Notes: generated by a model not told the origin, from the letters alone. 64,000 nucleotides of DNA from an uncultured Spirochaetota bacterium (GCA_963768055.1 CAVYGN010000001.1:416001-480000), one strand, 5' to 3'; shown: positions 19,688-29,602, counted from the stretch's first letter. Program-made: numbers and translations.

Positions 19688-21535
19688 ATGCTAAATAAAG
19701 AAATCGGATTTTCAGGATCATTTGCCGCTTTGTTTTTTGCATTATTAATTTCAGGCTGCTCGCAGAAAGAAGTTTCAAAACCGGACCTATCTGCTATCAA
19801 GGGAAATCCCGATAACTTTTGTAATTATATCAGCAATGTTATTATTTTTGAAATGGCCAAAGAAAGTATTACAGGCCTTGCCGTTGCTGTTGTAGATGAC
19901 AGGGAAACCATTTACCAGGCCGGATTCGGATATGCCGACACCGCAATAAAGGCACCCGTTACTTCCGATAGCATTTTCGAACTATGTTCTATATCCAAGC
20001 TTTTTACCGCTACGGCCGTAATGCAGCTCTATGAAAAAGGGCTGATCGATCTCGATAAACCCATTACAACTTATCTTAGAGAATTTTCAATACGCATGCG
20101 TACAGCGAGCGAATCCGTCCCTACCGTAAGGATGCTTCTTTGCCATCATTCGGGCATCCCCTCGGATAGGGCCGGAGGGGCTTTCATCGGAACTAATTAT
20201 AACGTCGAGTACACCGGCGAATTCAAAAAAATAGCCAGCTTATTCAGCAATGAAACTATGGCTTATCCGCCGAATAAGGTGTTTTCATACGGCAATCTGG
20301 GCTACAGCCTACTGGGCGATATCGTGGAAAGGACGAGCGGCATGGATTTTGAAAAGTATGTTCAGAAGAATATATTGATCCCGCTTGGAATGAAAGATTC
20401 GTCGTTCGTTTTCAGGGATGATTTCAAAACCCGTTATATAAAGGGGTACCTGGAAGGGAAGGAGACCATCATTCCCGTAATCCGGGATATCCCCGCCGGA
20501 GGATTGAAAGCACCCATCGCCGATATGGCCAGATTCCTGAAAATGGTTATCGCGGGGGGAAGCCTGGATGGGGAAACGCTTTTGAAAACCGAAACCATGC
20601 ATGAAATGCTTAAAATCCAGAACCGAAACGTACCCCTGGACGGGAGCTTTAAAATAGGACTGGGCTACTGGAATTATAGTTTTCCGCAAATGCATGACGA
20701 AGTCGTTTACGGACATGACGGCGACTTGCCGCCGTTCCATTCTCTGATCCTTTTCATGCCTGAAAGAAAGATAGGGCTGGTCGTAATGATCAACTCGATT
20801 CACGGTGCGATGGGCTCGTCTTTGGATCTCTTTCCGATAGCGATTAAAACCCTCTCCGCGCTGATAGAGATGAAAACCGGAAAACCTTATGATACGATTC
20901 CAGCTGAATCTCCCCGGCGGGATTTTACGGCAGGCGAAATCTCAAACTTGCCTGGATATTACGCGGGCTGGCTTGGATTTTCAAGGATTAAGATAAACGG
21001 TTCCGGGCTTCAGGCTGAAATATCCGGAACCGACCTTGATCTATCGGCCCACCAGGATGGAACAATCAGTGAGCAGTATAAATTATTCGGGTTTATTCCT
21101 TTGAAAATTGAGTTTCTCGATCTGATGAGTCTCGAGCCTTTCGAATTCGAAGGAAATCCATGTTTCATGGTAAAATTATACGGGATTCCCTTTGCGACCG
21201 ATATTAAAGTCAAGCCGGCACCTGTACCGGAAAGCTGGGTAAAAGCGGCCGGGACATACATCTCAACCGAAGCGATGCCGTATGCGTCGGAATCGGAAAA
21301 CAGAATAAATCTTGTCTACGATAAAAAAACCGGCTTTTACTTTTGCAAAGTATGGGTGTTCGACGGTCCTGCGAATGCAATCGATTACCCCCTGGAAATA
21401 TTGAACGACCATGAAGCCGTTTTTATGGGTTACGGCAGACACCTGGGCGAGACTCTCCGGATTGAAAGAAGCGGTTCGAACTATATTCTTTATGGCAGCG
21501 GGATGATTTTGAATAAGCTGAATAACAATAATTGA
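19688..21535 (+). CDS. Beta-lactamase-family serine hydrolase lipoprotein
   Basis: Lipobox LISGC, SxxK (CSISK), YxN (YGN) and HDG motifs. Confidence 0.88.
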   Translation: MLNKEIGFSGSFAALFFALLISGCSQKEVSKPDLSAIKGNPDNFCNYISNVIIFEMAKESITGLAVAVVDDRETIYQAGFGYADTAIKAPVTSDSIFELCSISKLFTATAVMQLYEKGLIDLDKPITTYLREFSIRMRTASESVPTVRMLLCHHSGIPSDRAGGAFIGTNYNVEYTGEFKKIASLFSNETMAYPPNKVFSYGNLGYSLLGDIVERTSGMDFEKYVQKNILIPLGMKDSSFVFRDDFKTRYIKGYLEGKETIIPVIRDIPAGGLKAPIADMARFLKMVIAGGSLDGETLLKTETMHEMLKIQNRNVPLDGSFKIGLGYWNYSFPQMHDEVVYGHDGDLPPFHSLILFMPERKIGLVVMINSIHGAMGSSLDLFPIAIKTLSALIEMKTGKPYDTIPAESPRRDFTAGEISNLPGYYAGWLGFSRIKINGSGLQAEISGTDLDLSAHQDGTISEQYKLFGFIPLKIEFLDLMSLEPFEFEGNPCFMVKLYGIPFATDIKVKPAPVPESWVKAAGTYISTEAMPYASESENRINLVYDKKTGFYFCKVWVFDGPANAIDYPLEILNDHEAVFMGYGRHLGETLRIERSGSNYILYGSGMILNKLNNNN

Positions 21536-21770
21536 ACAGGACTATCCGAAACCGGCTTTCTGCCCTGCCCGGTATGAGACAAAACAACCGGCTTGACGAT
21601 CATATTGGTTTTAATGTAAATTTGATATTCGGATGACATTTTAAACACCAATTAATAATCAAAGGGGCGCAACCGCGCCGGGCTTCCCATGGCCAGGACG
21701 CCGGCAATGTACGGAATGGTCCAGCTTAAACCGCTCAATATGCAGATTGGGGCAAATGTGCGAATGATTT

Positions 21771-23117
21771 CTAAAAGTCTTCCTCGCTGGCGGGTTTGTC
21801 AGCGTCGGCCATTTCCGAGGTATAAGCGTAAGCTTTTTTCACAGCCATGTCCTTCGAGATCTCGAGGCATGTGATGGATAAGGGCGCGAATTTATATTCG
21901 AGAGTTGTTTCCCCAAACAAACCATTGAAATCGATCTTTATGTCCTGAAACGAATTTTTGCTCCAGTTGATGCAGAAAACGCTGACATTGCCCTGGCCGT
22001 CCCTGTAGGCGTAAACCCGGGTATCATTATTGATTTTGGATGCAAATATGTTGTACTTTTTCACGTGGTTTGAAAAAAGCATGTAAGCGTAATACATGGG
22101 TGTAGGCTTGAGGGAAACCGGCATGATGAAGCCTTCTCTCCAGAATTCGGAAATGCTCCATGGCATTACCGACATCAGGTCAGATTCGGAACTTGAAATA
22201 CCCAGGTTGTCGGCTATCCACAGTCCCGCTCCGAAAGAGCCCGGCATGGCGAAAGTTGCGGGTTTGGAAGGGTCACCGTCCGCCGAGGAATTCATCTCGC
22301 CGATGATGAGCGGGATGCCCGGGGCGGACGGGTCTGTCATCGTCCTGATATCTTTATAAAATTCAGTAAGATTGTCGTATTCTCCAATAGCGTTTTCGTA
22401 CGTAGCATTAGTCATTGGCCAATAGCCGTACCTGTGGATTGACAGGATATCAATATAAGGCCTGCATGCCGAAATGAAGGGAGGTATCCATTCGTCGTAT
22501 TTCCATCCAAGTTCGAGGCCTATTATCTTGATCCCCGGGAACTCTTTTTTTATGGCGGCTGAAATATTCGTAAAATTATCGATATAATTATAAACTGTAA
22601 AATTATTCAGGTTCGCTGCCGTAACATCTACATCGTTGGCCTGTTTGAGGGTCGGATACCCATCGGGTTCGTTGCCGATGCTTACATAACGCAATATGAA
22701 CCCCTTGGCAATAAAGTCTCTGATCAGGTTAGTGGCGCGGCTTATCCTTTCCGGGATCGTACCCCGGCTTATTACCGGAACCTGCAGCAGGGGCTGGGCG
22801 CCTACGGCGCGGCAATAATCGCCGAACTGCGTAAGGAACCTATCCGATAATTCTTCGGGGATTTCCGCGTCGTTGTTGATCCCGCCAGCCCTTAGTAACT
22901 TGATATCAAGCGCTTTAACGAGGGGCTCGGTACCGGCCACATAATTCCCCCATTTTTTTACCCAGCACCAGTAATTAAAACCGAAAAACAAAGGGTTCAG
23001 CTCTTTTGCCGGGGTTCCGCTTACTTTGATTTCAGTGATTATAGCATTGGTCTCAATGGAATATGCCGAAAATACAAAGACCCCCGGGAAAATAATGGCA
23101 ATAAATATTTTTTTCAC
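21771..23117 (-). CDS. Secreted clan GH-A glycoside hydrolase (GH44/51/79-like)
   Basis: Signal peptide, LLRAGG, acid/base IGNEPD, SIHRY and nucleophile IGEMN. Confidence 0.75.
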   Translation of the reverse strand: MKKIFIAIIFPGVFVFSAYSIETNAIITEIKVSGTPAKELNPLFFGFNYWCWVKKWGNYVAGTEPLVKALDIKLLRAGGINNDAEIPEELSDRFLTQFGDYCRAVGAQPLLQVPVISRGTIPERISRATNLIRDFIAKGFILRYVSIGNEPDGYPTLKQANDVDVTAANLNNFTVYNYIDNFTNISAAIKKEFPGIKIIGLELGWKYDEWIPPFISACRPYIDILSIHRYGYWPMTNATYENAIGEYDNLTEFYKDIRTMTDPSAPGIPLIIGEMNSSADGDPSKPATFAMPGSFGAGLWIADNLGISSSESDLMSVMPWSISEFWREGFIMPVSLKPTPMYYAYMLFSNHVKKYNIFASKINNDTRVYAYRDGQGNVSVFCINWSKNSFQDIKIDFNGLFGETTLEYKFAPLSITCLEISKDMAVKKAYAYTSEMADADKPASEEDF

Positions 23118-23150
23118 TATTATATCTCCTTTATCAACTTTTGCGGAAGC

Positions 23151-23867
23151 TTACGAATGTCCCCCTCCCAGCGATAAGCCGGACGTCTGTTCATTTGCCT
23201 CGATCTGGAACGCGTAAAGAAAGTCTCCCAGTTGTTTAATCTTTTGATCGGCGGGAATATCTCCTGTTATGTTAGATTTGATCTGCCCGGCGAGATTTCC
23301 TATCGCGCTGTTTAAATTATCCACTCCTGTGGAATTAATAGGCGGATACATGTAACCCGGTTCGGCATTCAAATTGACAATGACCTTTTCATTATCTTTG
23401 AACAGTTTCATAAAATTAGTAAAATCCGGTTTGTAGATAGTCTGGCAGCCCTCGCTATAGTTCGAAACCAGCCCGCCTGTGTGGATGCAGACTTCAGAGA
23501 TCAGCATCTGGTTTTTCATGGACGGATTGATCTTAACGCTGGGGAAAGTCATCATATTTTCGGATAACTCATTCTCCGAATTTATTTTATCTAAAAATTC
23601 CCGCCTGAAAAGCGTGAAATGCCATCCTAATTTGCTGTTCTGATTCCAGATGCCGCAAAAAGTCCCGGGCGCCAGAATACCATGGATATTGTATTGATCT
23701 ATTCCGAATAATAACCGTGAGGGAATGGTCGATACATGATTTAAATGCAGAAGTTGTTTTTTCTCATCATCGAATACATCTATAGTGCTATCGTAAGCGT
23801 CCCCGTTTACAAGCTTGATAGCATCCCTGCTTCCGCCCCTTAAAATATTTATGATCTTTTCGTTCAT
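23151..23867 (-). CDS. Putative peptidoglycan-active enzyme (L,D-transpeptidase-like His/Cys motif) with holin-derived C-terminal tail
   Basis: IHTGG-x4-YSEGCQTI motif, no signal peptide, directly downstream of a holin. Confidence 0.55.
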   Translation of the reverse strand: MNEKIINILRGGSRDAIKLVNGDAYDSTIDVFDDEKKQLLHLNHVSTIPSRLLFGIDQYNIHGILAPGTFCGIWNQNSKLGWHFTLFRREFLDKINSENELSENMMTFPSVKINPSMKNQMLISEVCIHTGGLVSNYSEGCQTIYKPDFTNFMKLFKDNEKVIVNLNAEPGYMYPPINSTGVDNLNSAIGNLAGQIKSNITGDIPADQKIKQLGDFLYAFQIEANEQTSGLSLGGGHS

Positions 23868-23881
23868 TATAACCTCCCGTA

Positions 23882-24313
23882 TTAATGGTTATCCTGGACG
23901 GATTGGAGTTTCTCGACCGTCCTCATTGTCCCGAGTCCGAGCATGCCCCCGAGAGTGGTAATAATAAGGCTTGAGTCGGGCGGAGCGATTTTTATAGCCG
24001 AGCCGAATATCGTGAGCCCCCACTGCATAAGGGGATAAAGAATCACGCACCATGCGAAACCCAGACCGCAGATCCAGCCTATGAACGGTCGCCATCCCGC
24101 GACAAACCAGTTGGTCGATTTCGCTTCCTCAAGGTTGACGTCTGCCTGCTCTTTATCTCCAGCCTGGACGGCGTTAAGCGCATCCTCGAGCTGTTTCAGC
24201 TTCAGTTCGGGGGAAGCTTCCCCGGTAATCGCCGATCTCAGCTGGCCGGCAAAATTTCCGACTGCGCTGACCACATCCCCGACGCCTTTAGCGTCTAAAT
24301 TTACCAACGCCAT
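23882..24313 (-). CDS. 3TM holin (GTA_holin_3TM-like)
   Basis: VNLEEAKSTNWFVAGWRPFIGWICG and LGGMLGLGTMRTVEK motifs. GGAGG RBS. Confidence 0.88.
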   Translation of the reverse strand: MALVNLDAKGVGDVVSAVGNFAGQLRSAITGEASPELKLKQLEDALNAVQAGDKEQADVNLEEAKSTNWFVAGWRPFIGWICGLGFAWCVILYPLMQWGLTIFGSAIKIAPPDSSLIITTLGGMLGLGTMRTVEKLQSVQDNH

Positions 24314-24570
24314 AATTTATCCTCCCTCTTCGAATTTTTTGAATAAGCCTTCAACAATATTTAATCATTTTATATCTTTTTTAATGTTAAATCAATAGGT
24401 TTTTAACAAATATTTTAAAATTGGCGATTTTCTATTTCCCTGATCCGGATCTGTCTTCCGGAGCCGGTAAACCTGTAAGCCGCATGAGCAAAAATTCCTA
24501 TAAGGATAGTATCGATTCCCGTTTATAATGTTCCGCAGCCTATTCAATTGATCAATCTCCTCTACATCTT

Positions 24571-24614
24571 TTGCAATCTATGTAATTATATGGGATACTT
24601 TATGTAATTACGTA
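24571..24614 (+). promoter_or_regulatory. Promoter with two TGTAATTA operator boxes
   Basis: TTGCAA-N17-GATACT. TATGTAATTA at 24579 and 24601, 22 bp apart. Confidence 0.6.
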
Positions 24615-24630
24615 TTTAAAGGAGATTATT

Positions 24631-25044
24631 ATGATCATCCCTATCATCGAGATCGGGAATTCCAAGGGGATCAGGATCCCGCAGGCTGTTTTAAAGCAGG
24701 TAAGTTTCGGGGAAGAGGTCGAAATGCTCGTTTCCGAAGGAAAGATCACTTTACGCCGCAAGACCGGCCAGAACCAGGTCCAGGATTTTTCGACCCTTTC
24801 CGGCATGGACGATGCTTCAATACAGCGGGTGCTTCTTAAGATAACCGGTACCGACATGATCACCGCGCTGGTCGGCGCGGAAGATGGCGTCAAGGAGGCG
24901 GTTTACCGCAATCTCTCAGACCCGGTCAGGAATTATGTCAAACCCAAGGTTGAACGGCTTGAACATGGCGACGCCCGCGATCTGATAATCGAGCGCAGCC
25001 GCAATATGATAGCCGAAGCTTTAATGGAAGTAACGAGAGAGTGA
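24631..25044 (+). CDS. AbrB/MazE/SpoVT DNA-binding domain fused to a FliG C-terminal-like domain
   Basis: IIEIGNSKGIRIPQAVL at the N-terminus. MDDASIQRVL...MITALVGA..VKEAVYRNLS resembles FliG_C. Confidence 0.7.
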   Translation: MIIPIIEIGNSKGIRIPQAVLKQVSFGEEVEMLVSEGKITLRRKTGQNQVQDFSTLSGMDDASIQRVLLKITGTDMITALVGAEDGVKEAVYRNLSDPVRNYVKPKVERLEHGDARDLIIERSRNMIAEALMEVTRE

Positions 25045-25051
25045 TCGCCGG

Positions 25052-25447
25052 TCAATCCCTTATAGCTTCCCAGGTGCCCGCAAACGGCAGGGTCATCGTG
25101 CCGGTTATATAATTAGTGCCCTGGATCGCTCCGGACCATACAGGACCGGTGGATATATTGATATTGACCGAGGTCCCGATGAATGAGGTTCCATTAGTGC
25201 TCCAGGTCCCTGTATTGCCGTCATGCTGGCCGAAAGTGTTGTCATTGCTGAATGTTATTGTAGTTGTTCCGGAAGAGGGTACGCTGGGGAAATAATAATT
25301 AAGCGTCCATGGTCCTATTATTGTGACGGCCGACGGCGAACTGGAGCCGGACGACGACGAACTGTTATTCCCGCCCGGGTTTTGAGAGCAAGCTGTCAAA
25401 ACCATCAAGGCTATAAACAATCCGGAAAATATCAACTTCCTGTGCAT
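25052..25447 (-). CDS. Small lipoprotein with Ser/Gly linker, lipocalin-like beta domain
   Basis: Lipobox LTAC, SSSSSGSSS linker, IIGPW and GTW motifs. Confidence 0.7.
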   Translation of the reverse strand: MHRKLIFSGLFIALMVLTACSQNPGGNNSSSSSGSSSPSAVTIIGPWTLNYYFPSVPSSGTTTITFSNDNTFGQHDGNTGTWSTNGTSFIGTSVNINISTGPVWSGAIQGTNYITGTMTLPFAGTWEAIRD

Positions 25448-25586
25448 TTTAACACCCCTTTTTAATGTTTGATCTTCATAATTTGCGTTTTACACATATC
25501 TAATAATAATACGCAAATAATCTGCCCGGCAGGAAATAATCAGAAAAAATATAATTTGCCCGTAAGCGGCCTGGCGGCGCGCAAGG

Positions 25587-26021
25587 TCAATCGCCGTCTG
25601 ACGGCAGCCTTTGCTTTTTCTCTTCGTCTTCTTTTTCTTTACCGGCAATGCTTTTGAGCCAGATCTTCGCCGCGCTCTCTTCCTGCGCTGAAAAAAACTT
25701 AAATCTGCTCTTATCCCTGTTGGCCATTGCCAGCGCGACATTGTAGAGCATCCGCATTTCAGGGGATAAGCCCATAATAGCCGTAGCCCTGGCAAAATGG
25801 CCGTTATAGCGGGAAAAATTGGTAAAATCCCTTATTGTTTTGACGGTATAATTAACTCCCGAGGCATTGACCAGGAATAAAACGCTGTCAGGGAGGCATT
25901 TCGATACTATCGCCTTGGATTCTTCCATATATTCCCTGACCTCCTCGTTCGAGAGGCCCTTGAATTCAAGATAATAAAGATCCACGCCTTCAAATTGAAT
26001 AAAACATGGCTTTTTCACCAT
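25587..26021 (-). CDS. Hypothetical protein (STAS/SpoIIAA-like fold possible)
   Basis: AGGGGG RBS. LFLVNASG, TAIMG and FFSAQEESAAKIWL pattern. Confidence 0.55.
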   Translation of the reverse strand: MVKKPCFIQFEGVDLYYLEFKGLSNEEVREYMEESKAIVSKCLPDSVLFLVNASGVNYTVKTIRDFTNFSRYNGHFARATAIMGLSPEMRMLYNVALAMANRDKSRFKFFSAQEESAAKIWLKSIAGKEKEDEEKKQRLPSDGD

Positions 26022-26405
26022 AAAAAATCCCCCTTCTCTTGACAAATCCTTTAACAACAGCTATTAAATTAACTCATGATCGTTCATAAAATTTTTTTCC
26101 AGAAAATTTTATTTTAATTAATGCTTATTGTCAAATTCAGTAAACTTCAGGAATGAGTAAAGAATGCCTCGATTGGCATTTATCTCAAAGCGCATGGGAT
26201 AAAAACAGCCGGAGTTATTATCGATTTCAATCCGTCGCCCGTTATCGAATATAAGGCTGAAAACGGAAAGGTGCGGTTTCGGATTTATTTGCCTTGCCGC
26301 GTTTATCGGCATCCTGATTTTTTTTCGAAAATGATTTCAATCGGAACGAACTTGATCTTTTCATGATTTGCCTCTAAGATTGTTTTTATTATAAGAGGGA
26401 ATATT

Positions 26406-28439
26406 ATGTCAAAAAACGGGGGCTTGAAGGATAAACTGCTGGCCGATCTCAACCCGGCGCAGTATAAAGCCGCGGACTTTGGCGAAGGCCCGCTGATAAT
26501 CGTTGCGGGCGCGGGCACGGGCAAGACTAAAACCCTGGCTTCCAGGGTAGCCAATCTTGTTCTATCGGGAGTCGATCCTCAAAAGATATTGCTGCTGACC
26601 TTTACACGGCGGGCCGCCGAAGAAATGCTGAAAAGGGCCGATAGCATAGTAAGCAGGATGGGGCTGAATACCTTAAGCGTTTGGGGCGGGACTTTCCATT
26701 CCATAGCTAACAGGATTTTGAGGATTTATGCCGACCGGGCCGGATTGCCGAAAGAATTCACGATCATGGATCAATCCGATTCCGAAGACTTGATGGATAT
26801 TCTCCGGAACGGATTAAACCTGGATAAAACCGATGCCCGTTTCCCGAGAAAGGGCACCTGCCTTGCTATCTATTCGAGGAAAATAAATTCGAACGACAGC
26901 CTGGAAAACGTTTTAAAAGAACAATTTCCATGGTGCACCGAATGGAAAGATCAATTATCGGCTTTATATAAATCCTATATAGACCGGAAGTTTGAACAAA
27001 ACGTCCTTGATTACGACGACCTTCTTATATTCTGGGACCATCTTCTGGAGGATCCCGGCATATCCGGATCGATCGAATCCCGATTCGATCATATTCTGGT
27101 CGACGAATACCAGGATACCAATATAATCCAGTCTAACATTCTGCGTAAAATGAGACAAAAAAATAAAAATATCACGGTAGTCGGCGATGACGCTCAGGCT
27201 ATCTACAGCTTTCGGTCGGCAACGATACGGAATATGATGGATTTTCCAAAGCATTTTCCCGGCGCCGCCGTAATCATGCTTGAAGAAAATTACAGGTCCA
27301 GTCAAGCCATACTCGATACGACAAATGTTTTAATATCCCAGTCCGAAGAACATTACAGCAAAAAGCTGTTCTCCAGCCGTCAGACCGGCGGGAGCCCCGA
27401 GCTTGTAATCTGCATGGATGAATCCTTTCAGGATAAAGCGGTTATTGAAAGGGTGCTGAAGAGGCGCGAGGAAGGTATCGCCCTGAACCGGCAGGCGGTT
27501 TTATTCCGCGCCGCTTCCCATTCCGCATCCCTTGAAATAGCCCTGACAGGGCACAAAATCCCGTTTATAAAATACGGAGGCCTTAAATTCCTGGAAGCCT
27601 CCCATATTAAAGATTTGACAGCCATGCTAAGAATTACTGAAAATCCCAGGGACGATCGGGGCTGGTTCCGCGTGCTTCAAATGATAAAGGGTGTCGGGCC
27701 GCAAACCGCGGCAGATATCATCGGGCATATCAAACAAGCGGGGTTTAACCCGTTATCTCTTACGGCGTTTAAAAGTCCGCCGGAATCAAAAACAGGGCTG
27801 GATTTATTGCACTCTTATTTCATGGATGTTTCAGGCAAGGCTCTGAGTCCCATGGTTATAATCGAAAGAGCGATAATTTTTTACCGGCCTCTGCTTAAAG
27901 AAAATTACGACAATCCGGATCAAAGGTTCGCCGATATTCAGCAGCTGGCCGGTTTATCATCCGGATATCAAAACTTATCGAAGTTCCTTTCCGATCTGAC
28001 TCTCGATCCCCCTATGTTTACAGGCGACCTGGCAGGAAAGCCGGTCCCTGACGAAGAGTATCTGATTTTATCGACGATCCATTCCGCCAAGGGGCTTGAA
28101 TGGGATAGCGTATATATTATTCATGCTGCGGACGGATGGATCCCCTCCGATATGGCAACCGGCAGCAGGGAAGAAATCGAAGAGGAATTGAGGCTTTTAT
28201 ATGTCGCAATGACCCGTGCTAAAGACTACCTTACCGTTTTATATCCGAAAAGGCATTATACCAAACCGAAAACGCACTCCGACAATCATATCTACGGCCA
28301 GCTGTCGCGATTTTTGAACAGGGAAGTAACCGGCACTATGAGAGAAATTTATGAGGGAAAAGCCGAAGAACCTGAAATTAAACAGGAGAAAATGAAAACA
28401 GCCATCAAATTAAGGGATAGAATGAAGGAATCTTTCTGA
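26406..28439 (+). CDS. UvrD/PcrA/Rep family ATP-dependent DNA helicase
   Basis: AGAGTGKT, LVDEYQD, VGDDAQAIYSFR, TIHSAKGLEW and LLYVAMTRA motifs. Confidence 0.95.
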   Translation: MSKNGGLKDKLLADLNPAQYKAADFGEGPLIIVAGAGTGKTKTLASRVANLVLSGVDPQKILLLTFTRRAAEEMLKRADSIVSRMGLNTLSVWGGTFHSIANRILRIYADRAGLPKEFTIMDQSDSEDLMDILRNGLNLDKTDARFPRKGTCLAIYSRKINSNDSLENVLKEQFPWCTEWKDQLSALYKSYIDRKFEQNVLDYDDLLIFWDHLLEDPGISGSIESRFDHILVDEYQDTNIIQSNILRKMRQKNKNITVVGDDAQAIYSFRSATIRNMMDFPKHFPGAAVIMLEENYRSSQAILDTTNVLISQSEEHYSKKLFSSRQTGGSPELVICMDESFQDKAVIERVLKRREEGIALNRQAVLFRAASHSASLEIALTGHKIPFIKYGGLKFLEASHIKDLTAMLRITENPRDDRGWFRVLQMIKGVGPQTAADIIGHIKQAGFNPLSLTAFKSPPESKTGLDLLHSYFMDVSGKALSPMVIIERAIIFYRPLLKENYDNPDQRFADIQQLAGLSSGYQNLSKFLSDLTLDPPMFTGDLAGKPVPDEEYLILSTIHSAKGLEWDSVYIIHAADGWIPSDMATGSREEIEEELRLLYVAMTRAKDYLTVLYPKRHYTKPKTHSDNHIYGQLSRFLNREVTGTMREIYEGKAEEPEIKQEKMKTAIKLRDRMKESF

Positions 28440-28629
28440 TCTTGACCTTTAACTCCCGAAGGTAACACAAGCGTTTTATCGGCAGCCTGCTCCCGGCAGA
28501 GCTTCCCGAGAAGTCCCGCAAAGCGGTCTATAAAAAACCTAATACAGGAATAAAAGTTTGTAAAAAAAATTTTATTCATTTTAGACTTTGGATTTATTGA
28601 CCTGGTTATCTTGTGAAGTTATACTTACA

Positions 28630-28717
28630 TGACATTTCGAGGATAACAGCCCTTAGAGGGGCCGTATGACGAGAAATCTTGCATCGGGGAAGATTTCTCC
28701 CTGCGCTCGAAATGACA
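28630..28717. repeat. Palindromic interspersed repeat (TGTCATTTCG...GAGAAATCT / AGATTTCTC...CGAAATGACA family)
   Basis: Nested inverted repeats. Related copies at 33073, 56094, 57656 and 58440. Confidence 0.8.
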
Positions 28718-28759
28718 AATTGCAACAATAGGCTTTTTATTAAGCTTTTGGAATCAAGA

Positions 28760-29593
28760 ATGAATAAACTCCACTTTCTGACTCCAGGAATTCCGCATTC
28801 ATCAAAACCTAAAAAAACGCTTGAAAACGGCCTGAGGCGTATAAAAGAATTAAGCCTTGACGGTATGGAGCTTGAATATGTGCGCGGCATTATTATAGAT
28901 TTTCCGAAGATGCAGAAAATCGGTAAATTGGCGAAAGAGCTGGGACTGATATTAACCGCTCATGCGCCTTATTATATAAATCTTTATGCGCGGGAAAAAG
29001 AAAAGATCGATAAAAGCTATCAATATATTCTTGATACTGCAAGAGCTCTTGACGCCGCCGATGGATTCGGCATGGTATTTCATGCCGCTTATTATCTCGG
29101 GACAAAACCCCATGAAGTATACGCTTATGTCAAGGACCACATAGAGCATTTAGCCGCTATAGCCCGCAAAGAGGCCTTAAGGGTCTGGCTTCGCCCTGAA
29201 TTGATGGGTAAAAATTCTCAATTCGGCACACTGGATGAAATTATCCGGCTTTCAAAAGATGTCGGCGGCAGGATAGGACCATGCGTAGATTTTGCCCACC
29301 TTCATGCGAGGACAGGCAGGTACAATACATATGAAGAGTTTGCAAGCGTTTTTGAATTCATCGGCGAAGAATTGGGCGAATCTGCGCTTGAAAATATGCA
29401 TATGCATTTTTCGGGCATAGTTTATTCGCATAGAGGCGAACAAAAGCATGTTAATTTAAGGCATAGCGATATCCGCTCCAGGGAATTTGCTAAGGCTTTA
29501 AAAGACTTTAATGTTATGGGTGCGCTGACCGTCGAAAGCCCTAATATCGAAGGCGATACTTTGATGATGAAGCTGATCTACGAATCTATGTGA
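28760..29593 (+). CDS. Endonuclease IV-like AP endonuclease (TIM barrel)
   Basis: HAPYYINL, VFHAAYY, PELMGK, CVDFAHLHAR, HMHFSG and VES motifs. Confidence 0.85.
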   Translation: MNKLHFLTPGIPHSSKPKKTLENGLRRIKELSLDGMELEYVRGIIIDFPKMQKIGKLAKELGLILTAHAPYYINLYAREKEKIDKSYQYILDTARALDAADGFGMVFHAAYYLGTKPHEVYAYVKDHIEHLAAIARKEALRVWLRPELMGKNSQFGTLDEIIRLSKDVGGRIGPCVDFAHLHARTGRYNTYEEFASVFEFIGEELGESALENMHMHFSGIVYSHRGEQKHVNLRHSDIRSREFAKALKDFNVMGALTVESPNIEGDTLMMKLIYESM

Positions 29594-29602
29594 TCCCGGC
29601 TC

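Noticed and set aside
21689..21874. 61-aa ORF and GC-rich patch after the serine hydrolase
   Set aside because: It overlaps the GH 3' end, and I found no motif or convincing structure.
23151..24313. Prophage
   Set aside because: No integrase, terminase, capsid, tail or att sites are visible around the holin.
24631..25447. Complete MazEF toxin-antitoxin pair
   Set aside because: No toxin ORF follows; the downstream gene is a convergent lipoprotein.
19688..25447. Apparent S/T-N dipeptide enrichment in exported proteins (possible glycosylation signal)
   Set aside because: Hand counts are small and only modestly above cytoplasmic UvrD. It needs a proteome-wide test.
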